A DNA stretch of 64,000 nt from Vulcanimicrobiales bacterium (GCA_038215615.1 JBBQQR010000004.1:32001-96000), one strand, 5' to 3'. Shown: positions 8,964-18,143, counted from the stretch's first letter. A program made the numbers and translations. The notes: a model not told the origin generated them from the letters alone.

Positions 8964-9710
8964 CTACGGGGTGGCTTGGGCGAGCGAGTCGGCCGTCAGC
9001 GTCAGGGTCAGCTGCTGCTCGACGCGGTTATCCTGGCCTTGCCCGGGATGTGTGCGCGTGATCGTGTCTTCCTTAACCTGCTTCGGCACGCTGAGATTCT
9101 TATCGTAGACCAGCGAGCCGTGCGTGTCGGCGCGATAGCCGGACGCGCCTTCAACGGTAAGGACGCGCTGGAAGTCGATGCTGAGCATGCCGTCGTGGTT
9201 ATCGTGAGAAATCGTGTAATCGTTGATTTCCTTACCGCCGGCGCCGCTTTCGATATTCTGCCAGTGGTGGTTGCTGTCAATGGTGGACGGGTTCACGAAA
9301 TTCCGGCCGAGGACGCGCAACAAAGACATCTCTTCCTCGTTCACCTTGCCGTTCGGATCGCAAATAACGCTGCCGATCCCGTAAACCACGCACGTCGCGG
9401 GCGCGGCCGTGCGTTCACCGCGGCCTTGCTCGGCGATAGTGACCACCAGTCCCGTATCCGGCTGAACGCCCATGACGTCGACGGTTACCATGCCCTTGTC
9501 GCTGTTGCTCCCCGGATAGTGCGTCATACCGCTGCCGGTGCCGCCGCCGGCCTCGCCGATCCCCGAGGAGTGCACGGTGAGATCCGACGTGCTGGTCCAG
9601 TCGAACGTGTAGGCCAAATGGCGCATCGCCTTCTGCTGAGCGCCCGCGGCTGTGCTCGCAAGCCCGGCGAGTAAAGCAAACGCACAGATTATATGAAGGT
9701 GTCGGTTCAT
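8964..9710 (-). CDS. Secreted hypothetical protein
   Basis: Signal peptide MNRHLHIICAFALLAGLASTAAGA; beta-strand-rich body with a Cys pair; no family recognised. Confidence 0.75.
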   Translation of the reverse strand: MNRHLHIICAFALLAGLASTAAGAQQKAMRHLAYTFDWTSTSDLTVHSSGIGEAGGGTGSGMTHYPGSNSDKGMVTVDVMGVQPDTGLVVTIAEQGRGERTAAPATCVVYGIGSVICDPNGKVNEEEMSLLRVLGRNFVNPSTIDSNHHWQNIESGAGGKEINDYTISHDNHDGMLSIDFQRVLTVEGASGYRADTHGSLVYDKNLSVPKQVKEDTITRTHPGQGQDNRVEQQLTLTLTADSLAQATP

Positions 9711-9771
9711 GGGAGAAACTTCGGTCCGGCCGGGACGAAACCCGTCCGGCAATTCCCCGGTAGTATGGGGC

Positions 9772-9966
9772 ATGCTCAGTCTTTTCATGCGCTTGACGCT
9801 TCTGGTCGCCGCCGTGCTCGTCGTGCTGTTCGTCGTCTCGTTCCTGGTGGTGCACATCGTCGTGCCGGCGCTGATCATCGCGGCGCTCGTCGTCGGAGTG
9901 CTCTTCCTTGTGAATCTGTTCCGGCGCCGCACGGCTTCGGCCGCGATCACCCGCTTCCGGGGCTAA
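9772..9966 (+). CDS. Small two-helix membrane protein
   Basis: MLSLFMRLTLLVAAVLVVLFVVSFLVVHIVVPALIIAALVVGVLFLVNLFRRR: two hydrophobic segments and a basic tail. Confidence 0.65.
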   Translation: MLSLFMRLTLLVAAVLVVLFVVSFLVVHIVVPALIIAALVVGVLFLVNLFRRRTASAAITRFRG

Positions 9967-10751
9967 CGAACGAACGCGGCCAACTCGGCCGCCAGCGCCT
10001 CCGGTTCCTCGAGCATCGGAAGATGCCCGCTGTTTTTCATGAGCGCCAGCCGCGCCGCCGGAAAGGCCGCGCGCATTCCTTCAGCCTCCGCGGGCGGCAC
10101 GACTTTGTCGCCGGCGCCGGCGACGATGAGCACCGGCATCGCGAGATCCGCAGCGATGTCGTAGGATTCCACCCGCTGCGACATGCCTCGCAACATTGCG
10201 GCGGCGCCGCGCGGAGAATTCGATCGCACGATCGCGCGCGCCCGTTCGATCGTGCCGGATTTTTTTTCCAACGATTCGTCGGAAAACAACTTCGGAATGT
10301 AACTTTCGACCGCTGGTTCGATGCTGTTCTCGCGCTCCAGCCGATCGGCAAGATCGTTGCGAAAGCCCGCCGTTTCAGGCGAATCCGCACTAAGGCGGCT
10401 GCAGACCAGCCCTAAACGCGCAACGCGTTCGGTATACATGCGCGCGAACGCCATCGCGACGAATCCGCCCAGCGAATGACCGACGATCGTCACGCGATCG
10501 ATCGCCATTGCATCCAAGATCGTAGCGAGATCGCCGGCGAGCGTTTCCATCAAGTACGGTCCGTCGGGCGCGCTCGATCGTCCCATGCCGCGAAGATCCG
10601 GACGGATCACTCGGTGCGTTTGCGCGAGCTGCGAAGCCTGCGCGTTCCAGATTTCGCGCGTCAGCGGAAAGCCGTGGATCAGAACAATCGCGTCGCCGTT
10701 GCCATCGATCGCGACATCGAGCTCGGCTCCGTCAACGTAAAAACTTGTCAC
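9963..10751 (-). CDS. Alpha/beta fold hydrolase (PcaD-like family)
   Basis: IHGFP, DLRGMGRS, GHSLGG nucleophile elbow, GAGD, SGH; GTG start chosen at 10751. Confidence 0.9.
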   Translation of the reverse strand: MTSFYVDGAELDVAIDGNGDAIVLIHGFPLTREIWNAQASQLAQTHRVIRPDLRGMGRSSAPDGPYLMETLAGDLATILDAMAIDRVTIVGHSLGGFVAMAFARMYTERVARLGLVCSRLSADSPETAGFRNDLADRLERENSIEPAVESYIPKLFSDESLEKKSGTIERARAIVRSNSPRGAAAMLRGMSQRVESYDIAADLAMPVLIVAGAGDKVVPPAEAEGMRAAFPAARLALMKNSGHLPMLEEPEALAAELAAFVR

Positions 10752-10827
10752 GGCGCTCGTAATACTGTATAACATAGGCAACACCCCTGGCTACTTACCT
10801 AGCCAGAGAAAGGATGACTGAACTTCA

Positions 10828-10998
10828 ATGGCAGTCAAACGTAAAAGGAAAAAGGCAGCTGCGAAAAAGGCAGCTCCGCGTAAGCGCCGTAAGGCAGCGC
10901 GCAAGGGCGGACGCCGTAAAGGCGCACGCAAAGCCGCTCGCAAGACAACGGCTCGCAAAAAGACGACCCGCCGGAAACGCCGGAAAAAGGCCGCCTAA
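10828..10998 (+). CDS. 56-aa histone H1/protamine-like basic protein (not in the ORF track)
   Basis: MAVKRKRKKAAAKKAAPRKRRKAARKGGRRKGARKAARKTTARKKTTRRKRRKKAA*; AAAGGA upstream; terminators follow. Confidence 0.8.
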   Translation: MAVKRKRKKAAAKKAAPRKRRKAARKGGRRKGARKAARKTTARKKTTRRKRRKKAA

Positions 10999-11000
10999 CT

Positions 11001-11055
11001 AAAGACGCTTCGGCGTTTTTCCTTTAGCGCGCCGTCGTCCGGCGCGCTTTTTTTT
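11001..11055 (+). terminator. Two tandem hairpins, intrinsic terminator(s)
   Basis: aaagacgc-ttcg-gcgtttt, then agcgcgccg-tcgtc-cggcgcgct followed by a T tract. Confidence 0.7.
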
Positions 11056-12304
11056 ATACCGTCCGCAACACCGGACGCGTCACCCACGGCCATAAGGTAA
11101 AGAGCGCTGTGGCGGCGCCAACGATGAGAAACGCCATGTGCAGGCCGATCAGCGAGCCGATGGCGCCTACAACAAGCGCGCCGCCCGGCACCAGCCCAAT
11201 CGCGACCATCGTGTAGACCGAAATCGCGCGTCCGCGCACGTGATCGGGGGAGAGCGTTTGAATGAGGGTATTGGATGCGCCCAACAGCGTCATCGTCGCG
11301 GTGCCTATCAGAAACAGCACCGGGAGTGCTAGCCAGAGATTCCAGATACACCCTAAGCTCAGCACGCCCAGCGACATCACCATCGCGGAGATGAGCCAAA
11401 TGGCACCCCGGCGCTCGCGCGCACCAAGATACGCCGTCAAGAGCGCGCCGGCGAAACCGCCCACGCCGGTGGCCGAGATCGCGAGGCTCAGATCCAAAGC
11501 GTTGCCATGCAGCGTGTTCACGACGAAGGCCGGCAGCAGCATGCTGTACGGGCGAACGAGCAGCGCTGTCACGACAAAGATGGCGACGATCCATTTGAGG
11601 ATGGGATGCTCGCGCAGAAACCGCAGGCCGTACGCGATCGACGCCAGCCAATTCTCCGGACGGCCTGTGCTGGGCGGCGCGGGTTTCATGAAGACCAGCG
11701 CGAGGATGACCGCCAGTGTCGCGACCGCGTTGACGTAAAACGACCCGGCGATGCCGACCGAGATGATCAGAACGCCGGCGATCGCAGGCCCGATCACGGC
11801 GGGCGCGTTGAAGGCGACCGAGTTCAGCCCGATCGCATTGCCGACGTACTCGCGTTCAACCATGAGCGGCACCCAACTCTGCCGCGCGGGCGAATCAAAG
11901 GCGAGGACAGTCGCGCTTGCGGCGTTGATCAGAATCAATCCCAGAATGTTCATCCAGCCAAGACTTGTGAAGACCGCCAGCATGAGCGCCAGCAGCGCCA
12001 TGATGGAATTGGTGATGAACAGGAGGCGGCGGCGCGGCCAGACGTCGGCAACCACGCCGGCGATTGGCGAAAGCAGCAAAACCGGAATCGCGCGGGCTAA
12101 TCCTTGGAAGCCCAGATAGAGAGCCGCCGTGTGCGCGTCGCCCGCGAGTTTAGCGATAAAGTACCCGGTCGCAGTGAGCTGCATCCACGATCCGACGTTG
12201 GAGACCAGCAGTCCGATCCAGAGCAGGCGGAAGTCGCGAAAACGCAGCGCCGAGAATATCGTGATGCGGCGGCGCGGAAGCCCGCGCTCGACGCTGACGC
12301 TCAC
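11054..12304 (-). CDS. MFS transporter (MFS_3/EntS-like)
   Basis: RDFRLLW...SNVGSWMQ, GVVADVWPRRRLL, DSPARQS, GRAISVY; about 12 hydrophobic segments; GTG overlaps the upstream TGA. Confidence 0.9.
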   Translation of the reverse strand: MSVSVERGLPRRRITIFSALRFRDFRLLWIGLLVSNVGSWMQLTATGYFIAKLAGDAHTAALYLGFQGLARAIPVLLLSPIAGVVADVWPRRRLLFITNSIMALLALMLAVFTSLGWMNILGLILINAASATVLAFDSPARQSWVPLMVEREYVGNAIGLNSVAFNAPAVIGPAIAGVLIISVGIAGSFYVNAVATLAVILALVFMKPAPPSTGRPENWLASIAYGLRFLREHPILKWIVAIFVVTALLVRPYSMLLPAFVVNTLHGNALDLSLAISATGVGGFAGALLTAYLGARERRGAIWLISAMVMSLGVLSLGCIWNLWLALPVLFLIGTATMTLLGASNTLIQTLSPDHVRGRAISVYTMVAIGLVPGGALVVGAIGSLIGLHMAFLIVGAATALFTLWPWVTRPVLRTV

Positions 12305-12903
12305 CGCGCGCCGGCCGCGCTTACGATGATCTCGGCCGCACGCTCGACGTTGAAAGTCGACGTGTCGAGCGCAAGATCGTAGGTCTGCGGATCGGTCCAC
12401 TCCAGGTCGTAGTACGCGCGCAGATACTCCCGGCGCGCGCGATCGATCCGGTCGATTTCGGCGGCCGCGGTTCTCTCGTCGGCGCCGGTGGCTTCCATAA
12501 GATGATGAATGCGCCAGTTGCGCGGCGCCGCCATGAAGACGCGCAGCACGCCGGGTCCGCGTCCCAGAATCGCGTGGGCGCCGCGGCCGATAATGACGAC
12601 GTTGCCGTGCGCCGCGTATTCACGCACGGTTTCTTGCACTTCGCGCAGGCACTCTTCGTCGAAAGACGGCCCAGCTTCCGCCTGGATTTCGGGCGTGCCG
12701 AGCTCCAGCCCGCGCAACATGCGCTCGCTCATCGTGCGGCCAAGGTCTTCGGCCTCCTCGACTGCTTCGGGCGACGTCCGCAAACGTTTGGCGACGACCA
12801 CGGGTAGCTGCTCGTCGACGAATTCGTAGCCGAGCCGTTCCGCAACGCGCTGCGCAATCGCGAGCGCGCCGCAGCCGTACCGGTTGGAGATCGTGATGAC
12901 CAC
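12301..12903 (-). CDS. Cytidylate kinase-like family protein
   Basis: VITISNRYGCG P-loop variant, VIIGRGA, DRAR..Y..YY, YDL.LDTS. Confidence 0.85.
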   Translation of the reverse strand: MVITISNRYGCGALAIAQRVAERLGYEFVDEQLPVVVAKRLRTSPEAVEEAEDLGRTMSERMLRGLELGTPEIQAEAGPSFDEECLREVQETVREYAAHGNVVIIGRGAHAILGRGPGVLRVFMAAPRNWRIHHLMEATGADERTAAAEIDRIDRARREYLRAYYDLEWTDPQTYDLALDTSTFNVERAAEIIVSAAGAR

Positions 12904-12955
12904 GCCCGCGTCTTTCTCCGAGGGCCCGCGCGAGCCTCGGGATAACAGGGCCTAG

Positions 12956-13960
12956 ATGCCGCCGATCATTCGGACGCGCGACTTGCGCAAGACCTTCCGC
13001 TCGCCCAAAAGACGGCCCGGCGTCGGCGGCGCGCTGCGCACGCTCTTTTCACGCGCCTACGAAGAAAAGGTCGCCGTCCGCGACGTCACGATGGAACTCG
13101 AACCCGGCGAACTCGTCGGCTACATCGGACCCAACGGCGCCGGCAAGTCCACGACAATCAAAATGCTGACCGGCATTCTGGTGCCGACCGCCGGCACGAT
13201 CGAAGTCGCCGGACTCGTGCCCTACGAGCGCCGCAATGAAAACGCGCGCAATATCGGCGTCGTCTTCGGACAGCGCAGCCAGCTTTATTGGGACCTGCCG
13301 CTGGTGGAATCGTTCGAGCTGCTGCGCGCGATTTATTCGATTCCGAAGGATCGCTACCGCGAGAACCTCCAGCGCTTCATCGAGATGCTGGAAATGGAGC
13401 CGTTTCTGCGTACGCCCGTGCGCCAGCTTTCGCTCGGACAGCGGATGCGCGGCGATTTCGCCGCGGCTATGCTGCACAATCCGCGCATTGTCTATCTGGA
13501 CGAGCCGACGATCGGACTCGACGTCGTCGCGAAGGAAGCGATCCGCGAGTTCGTTCGCCACATCAATCAAGATCGCGGCACGACGATCATCCTCACCACG
13601 CACGACCTGGCCGACGTCGAACGGCTTTGCCGCCGCATCATCCTGATCGACGAGGGCACGATCATTTACGACGGTACAGTCGAGCATATCAAGGAACAGT
13701 ACGGGACGCACCGCACGCTCGTGCTCACGCTAACGCAGCCGCACGCAAATCCGGCACTGGAAGGCACCGATATTGAATCCAACGATCGCGGCCTGGTGCG
13801 CTACCGCTTCGATCGGCGGCGCGTTCGACCCGACCAATTGATCCGCGAAGCCACCGAACAATACGAACTGCGCGACGTCAGCATCGAGGAGCCTGATTTG
13901 GAATCGATAATCCGACGGATCTACGTCGAAGGCTACGAGCAGGAGCCGGTAAACACATGA
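12956..13960 (+). CDS. ABC exporter ATP-binding subunit
   Basis: GPNGAGKST, FGQRSQL.WDLP, LSLGQRMR, LDEPTIGLD, TTHD. Confidence 0.95.
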   Translation: MPPIIRTRDLRKTFRSPKRRPGVGGALRTLFSRAYEEKVAVRDVTMELEPGELVGYIGPNGAGKSTTIKMLTGILVPTAGTIEVAGLVPYERRNENARNIGVVFGQRSQLYWDLPLVESFELLRAIYSIPKDRYRENLQRFIEMLEMEPFLRTPVRQLSLGQRMRGDFAAAMLHNPRIVYLDEPTIGLDVVAKEAIREFVRHINQDRGTTIILTTHDLADVERLCRRIILIDEGTIIYDGTVEHIKEQYGTHRTLVLTLTQPHANPALEGTDIESNDRGLVRYRFDRRRVRPDQLIREATEQYELRDVSIEEPDLESIIRRIYVEGYEQEPVNT

Positions 13961-14610
13961 TCGTTTCAAGCGGAACGAAGAAACCGAACATTCACGCGAG
14001 CGCGTACGTGGCGCCGACGGCGACGGTCAGCGGCGACGTCACCATCGAAGAGGGATGCGCCGTGCTCTTCGGCGCGGTCATCAGCGCGGAAGGTGCGCCG
14101 GTCACGATTGGCGCGAACAGCGTGGTGATGGAGAACGCCGTCGTCAAATCCAGCGGTGGAAAAGTCATGCAGTTTCCCTGCTCAGTCGGCGAAAGCTGCA
14201 TCATCGGACCGGGCGCCTACGTCGTTGGTGCAACGATCGAACCTGGCGCTTTCATCGCCTCGGGCGCGCGCATCCGCAACGGTGAGACGATCGCCGAGAA
14301 TACGACGGCCGGCGACCTCAGCAAGACCTTCTTCCAGGACGTCTTCAACTTACCCGATTCGGACGACGTGCGCGCGAAGGCGGCCGAAGGCTACTCGAAG
14401 TTCTTGCGCAAGGCGCACGCGCAGGACGCGGCGATCAGCGAAGGGCCGAAAAAAGTCGCGCCGAAGGCGCCGCTGCGCAGGACCGAAGAACCACCACCGA
14501 CGCAGGCGACCGAAGTCGAAAAAGTCGTCGACGTGATGTTCGTTGAGTTGGAGGAAGCGCGATTGCGGCGCGAAGCCGCTATCGAGCGCGAGAAGAAAAC
14601 CAAGCGATGA
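13957..14610 (+). CDS. Gamma-carbonic-anhydrase-like hexapeptide-repeat protein, lacking Zn-ligand His residues
   Basis: KPNIHASAYVAPTATVSGDVTI left-handed beta-helix; ATGA-coupled to both neighbours. Confidence 0.75.
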   Translation: MIVSSGTKKPNIHASAYVAPTATVSGDVTIEEGCAVLFGAVISAEGAPVTIGANSVVMENAVVKSSGGKVMQFPCSVGESCIIGPGAYVVGATIEPGAFIASGARIRNGETIAENTTAGDLSKTFFQDVFNLPDSDDVRAKAAEGYSKFLRKAHAQDAAISEGPKKVAPKAPLRRTEEPPPTQATEVEKVVDVMFVELEEARLRREAAIEREKKTKR

Positions 14611-15398
14611 CCCTAGAGCCGTACGTCGAGTTCGCGAAGAAAGCGTTCGCGCGCGAGGCGACGTACCGGCTCGAGGTTTTCACCGAAATCGGCTCCCTGA
14701 TCGTGCGGGTCTACCTGCTGCGGTCGGTCTGGACGGCGCTCTACGCGCAAAACATCGCGCCGATGAACCTACCGCTGCACAGCATGATCACGTACGCGAC
14801 GGTCGCGTTGCTGATGTCGCTGATTTTGGAAGTCGACGGCACGCGGCTCATTCGCGAAAAACTCCGCGAAGGCACCATCGCGACCGACCTGATGAAACCG
14901 ATTAGCGTGCCGTTCTATTTCTTCAGCGACGGGTTCGGTCAGACTGGACTCCACGCACTGCTGGTCATCCCATGTATTCTCTTCGCGCTGCTGCTGGTGC
15001 ACATCGATGTACCGAGCCTACCGGTACTCGGCATGTTTCTGCTCTCGTTCGCGGTCGGCTATCTGCTCAATTTCTTCGTGAACTTCGTCATGAACGCCAT
15101 CGCATTTTGGACGCTCGAAACGTTTGCGATTCAACTGATCGTGCGTTGGGTTTCGGATCTGCTGAGCGGGCAGATTATTCCGCTGACATTTTTCCCCGGC
15201 ATCTTCGGCCGGATTGTCTTCGCGTTGCCCTTCGCGGCGATCTATTCTACGCCGCTGCTGATCTACGTCGGCGTCATTCAGCCGCAAGACTATGGGCGCA
15301 TGTTGCTCGTGCAGATCCTATGGCTAGGGCTTTTCAGCACGCTGTCGCTCTTCATGTGGAGAGCCGCCGCGCGCCGAGTCGTGATCCAGGGCGGCTAG
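14607..15398 (+). CDS. ABC-2 family permease (DUF990-like)
   Basis: EATYR, REGTIATDLMKP, LSGQIIPL, LPF..IY.TP, C-terminal IQGG. Confidence 0.9.
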   Translation: MTLEPYVEFAKKAFAREATYRLEVFTEIGSLIVRVYLLRSVWTALYAQNIAPMNLPLHSMITYATVALLMSLILEVDGTRLIREKLREGTIATDLMKPISVPFYFFSDGFGQTGLHALLVIPCILFALLLVHIDVPSLPVLGMFLLSFAVGYLLNFFVNFVMNAIAFWTLETFAIQLIVRWVSDLLSGQIIPLTFFPGIFGRIVFALPFAAIYSTPLLIYVGVIQPQDYGRMLLVQILWLGLFSTLSLFMWRAAARRVVIQGG

Positions 15399-15401
15399 CC
15401 G

Positions 15402-15662
15402 TCACTCCCACATCAACTCGTCCACGTAGCACCACTTCCAGTTTTCGCCCGGCTGAAACGATTGGATGATCGGATGCTTGGTGGCGTGGAAATGTTTGGT
15501 AGCATGCGTGTTCGCCGAATCGTCGCAGCAGCCGATGTGCCCGCGCTCCAAACACTCGCGCAGGTGCACCCAGTCGCTGCCGGTCTTTAGGCACTGTTCG
15601 CAGCCGTCGGGTGTGTTCGGCTTGACCTGATGAATATGATCGAGGTGCTTGCAGACGTTCAT
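15402..15662 (-). CDS. Stand-alone UBP-type zinc finger protein
   Basis: CKH...CEQC...WVHLRECLERGHIGCCDDS...HATKH..HPII.SF.PGE.W.WCYVD. Confidence 0.85.
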   Translation of the reverse strand: MNVCKHLDHIHQVKPNTPDGCEQCLKTGSDWVHLRECLERGHIGCCDDSANTHATKHFHATKHPIIQSFQPGENWKWCYVDELMWE

Positions 15663-16396
15663 GCCGACGGAAGATCCCATAGCACAACTTCACCGCTTCC
15701 TTCCAGTTCGAGGCGCTCGACATCGTAGGTGCGCACGGCGTCGCCGGGACGCAGAATCTCGCCGTTTACCTTGAGTTCCGATCCGCTGACGTGCGGGCCG
15801 GCAAATACGAACCCAAAACGCTGCGGCTGAAACGTATGCCGCAAGGCGTGATGTTCGAGCCGCGCAACGCGTAACGTTGCATTTTGCATGAGTTTGATTG
15901 GCGCGTCGACGTTGGGTTCGCCCGTCGCTACCGTTAGCCAGCGGTTGCGGCGATCGTTTTCCGCGAAGTCCATTTGCCCGTACGTCGGCGGCGTTCCGCT
16001 CCGTCCGGGAAGCACCCACATTTGCACTAAATGCAACTCCAGATCTTTGCGCGCGTTGAATTCCGAATGCCGCACGCCGGTGCCGGCGCTCATGAACTGC
16101 ACACCGCCCGACTTCACGACGCCGTGATTGCCCATGCTGTCCTGATGTTCGAGCTCGCCGCTGAAAACGTAGGTGAGGATTTCCATGTCGCGGTGCGGAT
16201 GGACCGGAAAGCCCATGCCCGCCGCAATGCGATCGTCATTGAAGACGCGCAGCGCCCCCCACTGTTCGTTCGCCGGATCGTAATAGTCCGCGAAGCTGAA
16301 CGAGTGGTACGTCTTCAGCCAGCCGTGGTCTGCGGAAAACCGCTCGTCGGCGCGTTGAACGGCAACGCCCGCCGGCGGCTGCGAAATTGTCTTCAT
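15659..16396 (-). CDS. Pirin family protein (YhhW-like)
   Basis: HGWL...HSFSFADYYDP, LRVFNDD, HPHRDMEI, MSAGTGVRHSEFN. Confidence 0.92.
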   Translation of the reverse strand: MKTISQPPAGVAVQRADERFSADHGWLKTYHSFSFADYYDPANEQWGALRVFNDDRIAAGMGFPVHPHRDMEILTYVFSGELEHQDSMGNHGVVKSGGVQFMSAGTGVRHSEFNARKDLELHLVQMWVLPGRSGTPPTYGQMDFAENDRRNRWLTVATGEPNVDAPIKLMQNATLRVARLEHHALRHTFQPQRFGFVFAGPHVSGSELKVNGEILRPGDAVRTYDVERLELEGSGEVVLWDLPSA

Positions 16397-17250
16397 GCAC
16401 TTCCAGAATCGTCGGTGCCGGGCACGAGGTTGCGCGTGCGCCCCAGGAGCAGATGAAAGTAGAGGAAACCGCGCACGGGCCCAAGCGCTTGGAGCAGCGC
16501 CGCGGGGTCGAGGTCCGGGTCGCCGGAGAGCTCGCGCAGCGAGCGGGCCACGCCGGAGTCCTTCAATGGAAAGACGTCGAGCCGGCCCATGCCGCGCAGC
16601 AAGACCACGGCGGCGCTCCACGGGCCAATGCCCGGTATGGCCACCAATTTCGCGGCCGCCTCTTCGCTCGAAAGCCCGGCAAGCGATTCTTCCGAAACCA
16701 CACCGTCTTCGACAGCGGCTGCGGCGCTTCGCAGATGATCGACTTTGTTCGCGCTCAGGCCCGCGGCGCGCAGCGTTTCGTCGGACGCATAAAGCACGCT
16801 CGACGGACTGAAAAACGGATGGATCGCATCACCGTGTGCTTCGTAGGGCGCGCAGAGCGTTTGCACCGTGCGCCGCATAATCGACGACGCTGCGTGAATG
16901 CTGATCTGCTGGAAGACAATCGCGTGCGCCATCGCTTCCCAAAGTGACGGATAGCGCGGCGGATGCATGCCGCGCAGCCGTTCCGTGAGCCGCACAAGCC
17001 ACGGAAACGGTCTTATGCGGCGGTCCCACTCGGCCAAGCCGGCCTCGATTCCGAGCATGGAGCCCACCGTAGCCGTCCATCGCTCGGGCTTCATACCGGT
17101 TGTGCGCAGCTGCAGCGCGCCTGGGCGCATCTGACGCACCTCGATGAGGTTGCTGCCGGTATCATCGGAGAGCACGCGGCGGTACGCGCCGTCTTCGCTC
17201 ACGACATCAACGACGTTCGCGGCGAGCCGCCGCAAGGCGTCGGCGGTCAA
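16393..17250 (-). CDS. alkA: DNA-3-methyladenine glycosylase 2 family (AlkA-like, HhH-GPD); true start uncertain
   Basis: IVFQQIS, GLSANK, HhH IPGIGPWSA, DVFPLKD; frame stays open upstream (RFETELPVREPYRLD). Confidence 0.82.
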   Translation of the reverse strand: MTADALRRLAANVVDVVSEDGAYRRVLSDDTGSNLIEVRQMRPGALQLRTTGMKPERWTATVGSMLGIEAGLAEWDRRIRPFPWLVRLTERLRGMHPPRYPSLWEAMAHAIVFQQISIHAASSIMRRTVQTLCAPYEAHGDAIHPFFSPSSVLYASDETLRAAGLSANKVDHLRSAAAAVEDGVVSEESLAGLSSEEAAAKLVAIPGIGPWSAAVVLLRGMGRLDVFPLKDSGVARSLRELSGDPDLDPAALLQALGPVRGFLYFHLLLGRTRNLVPGTDDSGSA

Positions 17251-17292
17251 ATCGAGCCGGTACGGTTCCCGGACGGGGAGCTCGGTTTCGAA

Positions 17293-17318
17293 TCTTTCGA
17301 CTTCGCTCAGTACAGGCT
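17293..17318. repeat. 26-nt mini-element at the alkA 5' end
   Basis: tctttcgacttcgctcagtacaggct matches 5745-5770 (cccttcgacccggctcagggcaggct) at 19 of 26 positions. Confidence 0.65.
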
Positions 17319-17348
17319 CCGGCTTATGACTGACCTAACTCTCGTGTC

Positions 17349-18143
17349 GTGCTCGCGACGTACTATCAATATTGGCGGATCAATTTCCTGACGATGCTCG
17401 AGTACCGGGCGAACTTCATCATGTGGTTCGCGTTCACGATCGTCTATCACGCAACCGCCATCGCGGCGCTCTGGGTGACGCTGCGCACGTTTCCCTCGAT
17501 GAACGGCTGGGATTTCCGGCAGATGGCGTTCCTGTACGCCCTCTGGATGCTCGGGCACGAGTTTCATAATGCGTTCTTCTTCAATGTCGTGAGCGTTCCC
17601 GAATACGTTCGCGAAGGCCGCTTCGACCGGTTCCTGGTCCGGCCGCAGGATACGCTCTTTCAAACGCTCACCGTGCCGGCACAACTTTTTCCCGACGGCC
17701 TGATTCTTGCGGTCATCTGGATGGCGCTCGCAACGAGGTATGCCGGGGTCAACGTAGATGCGGCATTTCTGCTCTTCGTGCCGCTGGTCATGGTCGGAGG
17801 CGCGCTCATCGATCTGGGTATTTCGCTGGCCGTGGCCACGGTTTCATTTTGGTTTGTGCGGGTCGACACGCTGCGGTGGGTGGTCATGTCGCTCGAACAG
17901 GAGTTTACGCGCTATCCGATCAGCATCTATACGCGCGGCGTCCGTTTTTTGCTGGCGTTCGTCTTTCCGTTTGCGTTCATGAATTATTTCCCGGCGACGT
18001 TCTTGCTGCACAAAGCCGAGACCGGATTTTCACTCTCGCCCTCGATCGGTTTGCTGACGCCGCTCGTCGGCGCGGCATGGCTCGCGCTTTCCTACGCGTT
18101 TTGGCGCTATGGCATGCAGCACTACCAGGGAACGGGCTCGTGA
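17349..18143 (+). CDS. ABC-2 family permease (second permease subunit)
   Basis: LEYRANF, GWD, VREGRFDRFLVRP, RYPISIY, PFAFMNYFP, YQGTGS. Confidence 0.9.
   Translation: MLATYYQYWRINFLTMLEYRANFIMWFAFTIVYHATAIAALWVTLRTFPSMNGWDFRQMAFLYALWMLGHEFHNAFFFNVVSVPEYVREGRFDRFLVRPQDTLFQTLTVPAQLFPDGLILAVIWMALATRYAGVNVDAAFLLFVPLVMVGGALIDLGISLAVATVSFWFVRVDTLRWVVMSLEQEFTRYPISIYTRGVRFLLAFVFPFAFMNYFPATFLLHKAETGFSLSPSIGLLTPLVGAAWLALSYAFWRYGMQHYQGTGS

Noticed and set aside
10763..10780. TACTGTATAACATAGG as an E. coli-type SOS box
   Set aside because: Lacks the ACAG half-site; better explained as overlapping -10 elements of divergent promoters
10814..11002. Track ORF MTELQWQSNVKG...
   Set aside because: Off-frame shadow of the K/R/A-rich gene at 10828-10998
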